A DNA stretch of 64,000 nt from Octopus vulgaris (Eukaryota). The notes under the pieces are model-generated. The model worked only from the letters and a program-made list of their open reading frames with translations, made no database searches and had not been told where the DNA came from. A program made the translations under genes and the position numbers. Where the stretch lies: assembly GCA_951406725.2 (NCBI GenBank), contig OX597827.1:43028001-43092000 (forward strand), written 5' to 3'. Below are positions 54,309 to 64,000 of this stretch, one piece after another; the first letter of the stretch is position 1; each line of letters opens with the position of its first letter.

Positions 54309-54442
54309 ACACAAATATGAGAGAGAATCCACTATGTGGACGCTCTTACGCTAGAGATAGATCCGCAAAGGGACTCAACCACTAAGAATTGTTCTCAAGA
54401 AAAACATTTAGCGCATAGTGGATTCTCTTTCATATTTGTGTA
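54309..54442. repeat. ~29-bp inverted repeat with ~75-bp spacer
   Basis: ACACAAATATGAGAGAGAATCCACTATG ... CATAGTGGATTCTCTTTTCATATTTGTGT. Confidence 0.8.
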
Positions 54443-54961
54443 TTAATAATATTTACTGAATCTCAGTCTTTTATGCGCTAGACCACTGGTGTTTAAATTG
54501 ATGTTATTAAATTAATATCCAATTTTTTTCACCCTCATTTTGACTTATATATATATATATATATATATCACCCTCATTTTGACTTATATATATATATATA
54601 TATATATTTATTTATGTATGTATGCTCATGTTTATGTGCGCGTTCATGTGTACTTGGTTGGCTGCTTGCCTTTCCTTAAGACGACGACAAGCCTGGGTTG
54701 TTTTACAACATTTCCCACCCTGGGTCTGTATTTTTCATTTGGGTGTAAATCCTCGCCACTCCATCTGGTGTTGCTTAAAAGTCACGGGATCATCACATGC
54801 CGATAGCGAGGACCCGAAAATTGAGATACGAAAAACCAACAAAGGAGCCTAGCTCTGTATTATGTTGTTATTTTCTTTTTCATGCAATTAAATTTTCGTT
54901 TACCGTTTTAGTTCTTGAATTTTTACGTATCCATACGTGTGTGTGTGTGCACTTGTTTATG

Positions 54962-55021
<60 letters not shown>

Positions 55022-55041
55022 GCACATATGTATCTCTCTTG

Positions 55042-55082
<41 letters not shown>

Positions 55083-55385
55083 GTCGTACCATACATACAT
55101 ACACAGGCATACATTTATGTATATATTTATATATCAACGTCTTGTTAACCGGTGTTCGTTTGTTTACACCCCTCCCCCAGTGGTTCGGTAAAAAAGAGAC
55201 CGCTGGAATAAGTACCTTGCGTTTACAGAACGAAACAAAAAAATAGCAATAATAATAATAAATCCTGAAATCGTGTTGTTTGACAAACCTTCAAAGGTGG
55301 TGCCCCAGCATGGCCACAGTCCAATGATTGTAACAAGCAAAAAAAAAATTGAAGATATGTATTATGCATGTACGTGTGTGTGTGT

Positions 55386-55445
<60 letters not shown>

Positions 55446-57253
55446 GTATGTATGTAAATACGAGCAGGCAAGGAAAATAGCACACCTGGAAAATTGACAG
55501 ATAAAATGTGATGTGAGTGTAAATATATGTACTGTAAATGCGGGTGTGTATGTATTTATTGTATGGATGAATATATATCGTCATGTGTGGGTTGATCAAA
55601 TGGTGACAGCTACAAGTTGCTTTAAGGTCTAGTTGTTTTCCTATCATGTTTTTCCTCTGTTGTCAACTCCAGTTAAACTACTTGTTGCTGTTCAACCCCG
55701 GGCCAGCTTTCGGACCGAGCGCAGTTAGGATCATATGTATTCTGTGACCATACTGTTGTTTTGTTTTTGTTTTTTTCGTTTCTTTTTGTGGTAGAGCGAG
55801 CTTTAGGGGGTTCAGTAATAGTGTATCTAGGACTACATTATCCAGTGTGCCGTTTCCTTCCTCGATTCTGCGACTAAGTCTTAGATAGTCCTAGATTTTT
55901 AAGACTACTTCATTCATTTACTCAGTGTGCCCTAATTTGATATTGATTTGGCTACCATTTCTAGCAAGCCGATCGACTACATGAGTGATTCTTCATTAGA
56001 GCTTGGTACATATGAATTAAGCTGTCGTTTGGTCTTTAACCCCATTCACGCCAGCTCTAAACGAGCGATCCTACGATCAAATGTATATTCTACATGTGAT
56101 CAACACGTCTTTTTGTCCCTTATGCATTGGGGGACCCGGAACCACGTTATTCAACTAGTCCTTTTTCTCTAAGACTGTGGGATGTTCATTAAGGGGGTGG
56201 AAAGATTTGGCTATTATTTCTAGCGACCACATAAGAAGCCCTCTCGCTGGTTCGTGAAAATATTAGTGATGGTTTGTGGTGCTTGAGTGGTATCGGTGTT
56301 GGTATGGTGGTGATGCTGGTTGTAGTAGTAGTAGTAGTAGTAGTTGTAGTAGTTGTTGTTGTTGTTGTAGTGTTGAAGTGGTAGAGGTGTGTGTTGCGGC
56401 GGTGGCTCGTTTTAGCCTTTTTGTTGATGTTTTTCACCACCCTCTATAATTAAGGCTAACCTATATGATCAAGTGATCGTAGATATTCCTTCCATGACCA
56501 TCCAACCGTATCTTTTTTTTCACATCTATTCAGTTAAGGTCCATATCGAATGCTCTTTTTGTTATAAATTTCAGTCCGTTAGGGTGTGTTTTAAGGAAAA
56601 TTTGACTGCTATTTCTAACAGGTCGAGCGGCCGGCCACGTAGTTAGTCGCTCGACCTGTTAGAGTAGTGGTGGTGGTTGTGTGGTGGAGGTGGAGGTGGT
56701 GGTTGGAGTTGTAGTGCTAGCGTACCTGTTTGTAAAGGCAATATTCATGTCGATTGTCATATTGGTAGTGGTGTTAGTGCGAAGTGGTAGTCAATGCAGA
56801 GGTGTTGACAGTAGTGTATGCCGTTAGTGCTCATACCACTTGTAGCAGTCGTAGTAGTGGTAGTGGTGATGGTGGTGGCCATGGTGGCGACAGCGGTGGC
56901 GTGGTTGTGTTGGTAGTCGTATCGGTAGTAGTGGTGGTGGTGGTGGTGTTAGTGGTTTTTTTGTAAGTGTTGCCGTTGCTGCAGTCAAGGTGCTTGTGTT
57001 GTTTCGTTGGCCTTCAGTGGTGGTTGATACTGTTTTGTAGAGGGGGCGTTGGTGTTGGTGGTTTGTTGTCGTTGGTGGTGACGGTAGCGTGGGTATTTTG
57101 TGGTACTGCTGTCTCTGCTGCTGGTGCTGGTGTTGTGTTCGCATCATGAGTTCGCATTCTGATCTGTATTTTATGCACACTCAAATTTTCATCGCTTTCT
57201 GCAATGTGTGTGTGTGTACATACATACATACATACATACATACATACATACAT

Positions 57254-57293
<40 letters not shown>

Positions 57294-57319
57294 CATACAT
57301 ACATACATACATACATACT

Positions 57320-57482
57320 GGCGTGGTTGTGTGGTAAGAAGCTTCCTTCCCAACCACACGGTTCCGGGTTCAGTCCCACTGCGTGACAATTTGGGAAAAT
57401 GTCTTCTGCTATATCCCCGGGTCGGACCGATCCAAGCCTTGGGAGTGAATTTTGATTCCCGAAAACCGAAAGAAGCCCATAT

Positions 57483-57529
<47 letters not shown>

Positions 57530-57753
57530 GTGTGTGTTTTTGTGTTTGTGTTTGCCCCCCCCCCCCGCTTGATAACCGGTATTCGTGTGTTTCCGTCCTC
57601 GTAGCTTAACGGTTCGGTTAAAGAGATCGATACAATAAGTACCAGGCTTTAAAAAAAAAAAGTACTGAAGTCGATTCATTCGACTAAATATTCTTCAAGG
57701 CGGTACCCCAGCATGGCCGCAGACATTGACTGAAACAAGTAAAAGATAAAAGA
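57320..57753 (+). mobile_element. SINE family A, diverged
   Basis: Head to tail recognisable. Confidence 0.82.
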
Positions 57754-58630
57754 TTAATGATTCACGCATACACACACACATACAACTATATTTAACCCGT
57801 TCGGGTGCTTTCGGACTGGGGAAGACCTTTCGCTGTAGATATATCCACCCGGAGAAAATTATATATATATTGACATTCCTTTATGAGCTCTAGCCCTAAG
57901 CCTGTGGCCATGCTGGAGCACCGCCAGTTAAAATTAATGAATCGACCGCGACGAGACTCGAACATGCAATCTAATGATTCGAAATCGTATGTGTGTGTCT
58001 ATGCTATTCTTTTCGAGTGTGTATATGTACATGTATATATATAACAATGGAACACAGTAGGAGCTGCTTATTGTGATCACTTCAAAGCGGAACGTCTTCG
58101 ATAACAATAAGCGGTGGGCGACACTGAGTGGAGGCAATAAGAATATGAGTTTAGAATTAGGATCCATTAAAATTTTGCTAGCAGTAACCGTTTGACAACA
58201 CTGTCCTTGATCATAATAAACGGCTCCCCATGTATTTAGGTCAGGATTGTTAAATAGGCGATCTGTTGCATATTTTTTGCGTGCGTGTGTGCATGATTAC
58301 ATTAGTCGCGTGTGCGTGTTGTCTGTGTGTTTGTGTGCGTTTGTGAATGTGCGTACGTGTGTGTGTGTACAGGGTGTGTGTGTACAGGGTGGGACCAAAA
58401 GCTAACGCACAAAATAAGATCGGTAGGCTCTGGAATTGTCGAAAACATGATTCAGTTTTTTTTCTTTTCTAAAATTGAATGCAATAAATAAAATTAGGAA
58501 TACACACGCACTCCTTCCTACACGCTGAATAAAACGAATAATGATGATAACAATATAAATAAAAAATGTCGAATTGTTTTGGTGCGTGACGTTTGACCCA
58601 CCTCGTGTTTGTGCGCGCGCGCATATATAC

Positions 58631-58681
<51 letters not shown>

Positions 58682-58684
<3 letters not shown>

Positions 58685-58837
58685 CGTTCTGAGTTCAAAT
58701 TCCGCCGAGGTCGACTTTGCCTTTCATCCTTTCGGAGTCGATAAATTAAGTACCAGTTACGCACTGGAGTCGATGTAATCGACTTTATCCCTTTGTTTGT
58801 CCCCTCTATGTTTAGCCCCTTGTGGGCAATAAAGAAA

Positions 58838-58840
<3 letters not shown>
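58682..58840 (+). mobile_element. SINE family B, 5'-truncated monomer with Tx1-like tail
   Basis: Body + AGCCCCTTGTGGGCAATAAAGAAATA within (TA)n. Confidence 0.85.
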
Positions 58841-58870
<30 letters not shown>

Positions 58871-59226
58871 ATAGTGTAGATTGTGCATTTGTGTGTGTTG
58901 TGTTTCTTACTAAGTCTTCCGTTAGATTATTTTATTTTCGCATTTTTTTTTGTGGGGGGGTTTTGTTTTATTTGCCACAAGGGTTATGATTGGAATGACA
59001 TTAAGACAGGTAGCAAAAAAAAAAAAAATTAATAAAATAAAATAAATAAAAAATAATAATAACAGAAAAAAGATAAACTCTAGTATATTACAAAGGACTG
59101 AAAACGTGACTTCTCTTTAGGGGTTCTGCCACTTGGGACCAATCAAAGAACTCCCTACTGATATGGGAATAATCATTCGTTCACTGCTTATTATTATTAT
59201 TATTGTTATTATTATTTTTATTATTA

Positions 59227-59261
<35 letters not shown>

Positions 59262-59283
59262 GTTATTGTTATTATTGTTAATA

Positions 59284-59337
<54 letters not shown>

Positions 59338-60641
59338 TTATTATTATTGACCCTTCAAAAGATGAAAGCATAAAGCGGACGATATCAGCGGGGTTCGAAC
59401 TCAAAAGCATGCCACGACGACGACGATGATGATGGTGGTGGTGGTGGTGGTGGTTGTGGTGACAGTATAAACAAAAGTGGCGTGATGGAGAAGAGACAGT
59501 GGTCCATGGAAGACGCAAGTGTGAAAAGGGCCACTGCAAAATTCGACCACCCCCACTGGCCCGTGTACGTTAGGTGGAAATTAAGGGCGTCAAAAAGTCT
59601 TTGCTCCCAACTCACCACCACCACCACCTCCACCGTTCATTCCACCATCCCGAGCACATAAAACCCTGGTGGTGGTGGTGGTGGTCGTGGTGGATTGGTT
59701 TTTGTGTCCGTCACAACCACCATAAACAAACACCGTTAAACCACGAGGGTCCGTCCTTGCCTATCGTGGTCTGTCGTGGCCGGAGTTTTCGTTGGATTTG
59801 AACTCCAGTAGTATTTTTCTGTGGGAGGCACATGGCCTAGTGGTTGATATTACTGCGACTCGCGATCGCAAGTTTAACGGTTTCGATTCCCAGGCCCGGG
59901 CGGGCGGCGCGTCGTGTTGTGTTCTTGAGCAAAGCACTTCCATTTCAGGTCGCTCCTGTACTGTACAATCAGCTGTAGATGGGGTAACCTTTGATGGAAC
60001 AGCCTTCCGGTCAGGGCTGGTGGAATGTTTGACCTGCTCGCCTATCCAGCGGGGTTGCGTCGTTCGAAAGCTAAAACAATGTGTAGCGTATTGTGACCAG
60101 CGATCGTGCTACCGTAATTAATTCCTAACTCTTCCAAAAGCACACACACACACACACAAAAACCCCACCTAATGCATCTCACTCACCCATTACAGGAAAA
60201 CACTAACTTATGCCACGACTACCATTAAACAATGTGTAATCTATAATGTGGAACAAGCGTTGGTACTACGGTAGTATTTCTCCGACTCTTTTTAACGTTC
60301 TGAGTTCAAATCCCTCTGTAGTCGGGTTAGCTTTGCTTTTCGTTTTGGGTGTCGATTAAACAATCGACAAACTCCTTTTCCCCCACTTCAGATTTCAGAC
60401 TTTGTGTATATGTGAACCCTTAGTGCTGTCATGGGCAAACTGCGGCCCGCGGGCCTTGCTGAATGGCACGCTTAATATTTGTCACGAGGAAAATAACGTT
60501 TATTAAAATTACCTTAAAGTTTTCTAGTAGTGCGGCCCACCTGACGAGGAACCATGTTTCTCTCGTTGCGGCCCGCTTCTCCTAAAATGTTGCCCATGCA
60601 TATCTTAGAGGTTAATAAAGAAAAACGTTATGACATATGCC

Positions 60642-60868
60642 TAAGGCGGCGTGAGCTGGCCGAACCGTTAGCACGTCGGGCGAAATGCTTACGTTCTGGG
60701 TTCAAATTCCGCCGAGGGCGACTATGCTTTTTATACTTTTGGGGTCGATAAATTAAGTATTAGTGAAACAGCGGGGCCGATGTAATCGACTAGACCCCCT
60801 CCCACTAAAATTTCAGGCCTTGTACCTTTAGTAGGAAGGATTATTATTATTATTATTATTATTATTAT
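60642..60868 (+). mobile_element. SINE family B variant with alternative tail ending in (ATT)n
   Basis: Head AAGGCGGCGTGAGCTGG, central domain, tail AAATTTCAGGCCTTGTACCTTTAGTAGGAAGGATTATT. Confidence 0.75.
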
Positions 60869-61886
60869 CATATTTGCTTGATTCAGAACCAGCCTGCGAG
60901 ACCAACACCCAGAAATAAAAACGCCAGAAATGTCACGCCACCACCACCACTACTACTGCTACTACTACACACACACACACACACACACTCACAGACAAAC
61001 ACGTTTGCGCGCACACCGTCATAATTCTCACCACCACAATTAACCAGGCGCCAACGAGGAGGGTCGCTTTTCAGTGGTCGTATGACCTGCTTTGCACGAA
61101 ATAGCAGTCAAATCTCGCTTTCGCTTAAGTCACGCTCGTTCTACCGTTAAAAAAAAAAAGAAAAAAAAAGAAAGAAAATGTTTGTTGTTGTTGTTGTTTT
61201 GTAATGGAAGGACAGAAGACATTATTAGGTAATGTAGTTTAAGTACCCCCCCCCCGCCAACCTTATTTTTTTATTTTTTATTTTTGGTTTCTTCTCCAAA
61301 AGACCGGATGGCTGGCTGGCTGGCTGGCTGGCTGGCTTGGTCGTGGCTCAGAAGGGAATATTCAATTAGGAATAACCTGAAGCTAAAACAACCACTACCA
61401 CCACCACCACCACCACCACCACCATTACTACTATTGCTACTACGACGACACCACTACTGCTACTGCTACTACTACTACTACTAACAGCAACAACAATAAC
61501 AGCAGCCTAATTGCATTTGCCACGTTGCAAGACTTTTCTCCACGTTACAAGTCAGTTATGGCCTGTAATTTTGTTGTGTAGTTCTCCCTCTTGCTGAAGT
61601 CGACTTTTTTTAAAATTTATTTTGTTTGCTTCTGTTTTGTTTTTTGTTTTTCAATGTGCACACGCAAGTCTAGGACGACATTGTCACATTGTCCACCGAC
61701 GTGTCCTTTTTCCCGTATTTTTTTTTTTTATTTATTTAATCTCTCTCTCTAAGACAGTTTAAGGGTTGTGTGGTGATATGAGAGAGATTTGGCTGCTATT
61801 TCTAGGAGACTGAGGAGGCCGAGCGACCCTGACCAAGCTGTTTTCGTTTGCATCCTTGCAATGTATATCTCCTCTTCGTCACTCTC

Positions 61887-61943
<57 letters not shown>

Positions 61944-62397
61944 TTATGATATTTTGTTCGATTTCGTTTTGAGGAGATTTTGTGTCTGCTATGTCTTGCA
62001 TGCTTGAGCGACGACCTCTTGCAGGTTCTCTCGAATTGTTGGATCTGTATACGTTCGTATTTCGATGTGTGAGTGTGTGTGTGTATTCTTGCTATGAGTA
62101 TGTCGTGCTTAATATATAATAAATACAATTTGCTGTCGTGATTGGATACCAATTTGTGTGTGTTCATATATATATATATATATATTTGAAAGAAATTCCC
62201 GCTCAGTGTGAATCATACGGTTGCGAAAACCTCAATCACACAGCTATATATATATATATATAATCAAAGGACATAGTAAGTATGTCAACCTGCGAGAAAT
62301 AACAGTCAAAACTCTTATTTAAATCGCCAAAATAACACTGATGATAAGCTACAGAAATCAACCGAAGGCAGATCAGGTTAATAAAATCTACACACAC

Positions 62398-62440
<43 letters not shown>

Positions 62441-62505
62441 GGTCCCGGGTTGAGTCGGGGTTAACCACAGTAAATAAGGTACTCAATACATAGCAGAGTA
62501 AATTA

Positions 62506-62614
62506 ATTTATTTTATAGAAGGAGCTTCTACAGGACTAGAACTGTTTCATTCCTGATGATTTCATTTGAATGAAACAGTTCTAGTCCTGTAGAAGCTCCT
62601 TCTATATAATAAAT
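62506..62614. repeat. 47-bp-arm inverted repeat with partial hammerhead core at the centre
   Basis: Arms 62506-62552 / 62568-62614 with one mismatch; CTGATGA...GAAAC at 62553-62576. Confidence 0.85.
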
Positions 62615-62893
62615 ATATATATATATATATGACTGCGTATACTTGAAGAACCTCGACAATACGAATTGTTTAAAAATACAGCTTATTCATTGCTATTAAA
62701 AAAGAATTCCTATTGTCATGGTGGTGGTGGTGGTGGTTGTAGTGGTGGTAGTAGTAGTAGTAGTAGTAGTCACCAAGTTGTTGTTGTTGTTGTTTTAGCT
62801 CCAGGTCAATCTAGAACGAGCCAGAGGGACGACCTCTCTTACGATCGCTGGATTTCCGCTCGTGTCTTCCTATTTTCCAGACATCTGAATGCA

Positions 62894-62925
<32 letters not shown>

Positions 62926-63805
62926 GGACTACATTATTTGCGAGTTGTTTCTTCTTCTTCTTCTTCTTCTTTGTTTAAGACTAGGATGTGATTTGTCGGG
63001 GAGTGGGGGGGGGGGTGGAGGCAAATTTGGCGGCTAGTTGCAGAGGCCATGGGATGGGGGCGTGATCCCTTAGGTTATAGTAGTGGTGGTGTTGGTGGTG
63101 GTGGTGGTGATTGTTGTGGTTATGTTTGTTGGTGCTTCTATATAGCTGTATAGTCAGTATTTGACGTTGGTAGTATCAGTAGTAGTAGTGGAGTGGTGGT
63201 GGTGGTGGTGGTGGTGGTGGTAGTAGTTGTGTGATGGTATACTATTAATGGTCGGCTGTGTTTTTTAATCGTTACTCATTAAAGTGTTTTCCGCCAAGTG
63301 GAAGCAATTCCAGAGAGAGAGAGAGAGAGAGAAAGTGAGAGGATGAGAGAGAGAGAGGAGGGGGAAGGAAGAGAAAGAAAAAGAAAAAGGATAAGGGGGA
63401 GGAAAGGGTGAGGGAGAGAGAGAGTGGTGAGAGATTCGCAGCAAAGTAGGACGAACTCAGTATGTGAAAGAAGGGTTTGTTTACGTTAAGATTTGGAGAA
63501 GGAGGGTCTCTCCCCCTCCCTCTGTGTGCGCGCGCGCGTGTGTGTATATATATATATTATATATATATATACACACACACTTGGTGTGTTTATATTTTCA
63601 GGTCGTATGTTGTGTACGCATGTTATATATATATATATATATTATATATATTGGAGCTGAGCAGTGTACGAAACTCTCGGCCACTGAGTAACTTATATAC
63701 GCTTTCTGCTGAATATATGCACACACACACACTTGTATACATACATATATGCATATACATTAGTGTAGCATCTTAATTAGATGTATAAAGAGTACAAACT
63801 GTGTA

Positions 63806-63859
<54 letters not shown>

Positions 63860-64000
63860 TATATATGTATATATATATATACTATATATGTATATATATA
63901 TATACTATATATGTATATATACATACATGTATATGAGGAAATACACATATACAGGCACACGACCTCCATCTCTTCATCTGTCTTTTCTCCTGAAAATCTG

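Overview
Eukaryotic, AT-rich, microsatellite-dense DNA. The SINE repertoire points to an octopus-like cephalopod (inference). Bases 1-11370 hold two head-to-tail, near-identical Tx1/L1-clade non-LTR retrotransposons (ORF1 gag-like with CCHC knuckle; ORF2 APE endonuclease-RT-zinc finger), joined and followed by (ATT)n. The remaining ~52 kb is mostly non-coding. It contains several tRNA-derived SINE families, non-autonomous Helitrons, hAT-like and other MITEs, CR1 and RTE LINE fragments, and Penelope-type remnants carrying minimal hammerhead ribozyme motifs. One short host exon, missed by the ORF track, encodes the Sin3-interaction domain of a Mad/Mxi1 (MXD)-like gene (35903-35957). Nearly all ORFs listed after 11.4 kb are microsatellite artefacts. 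Main leads: a SINE whose 3' tail matches the Tx1 3' end and which recurs as 184-bp tandem units; a perfect 158-bp palindrome with two opposed hammerheads; a mosaic ORF1 C-terminus under purifying selection.
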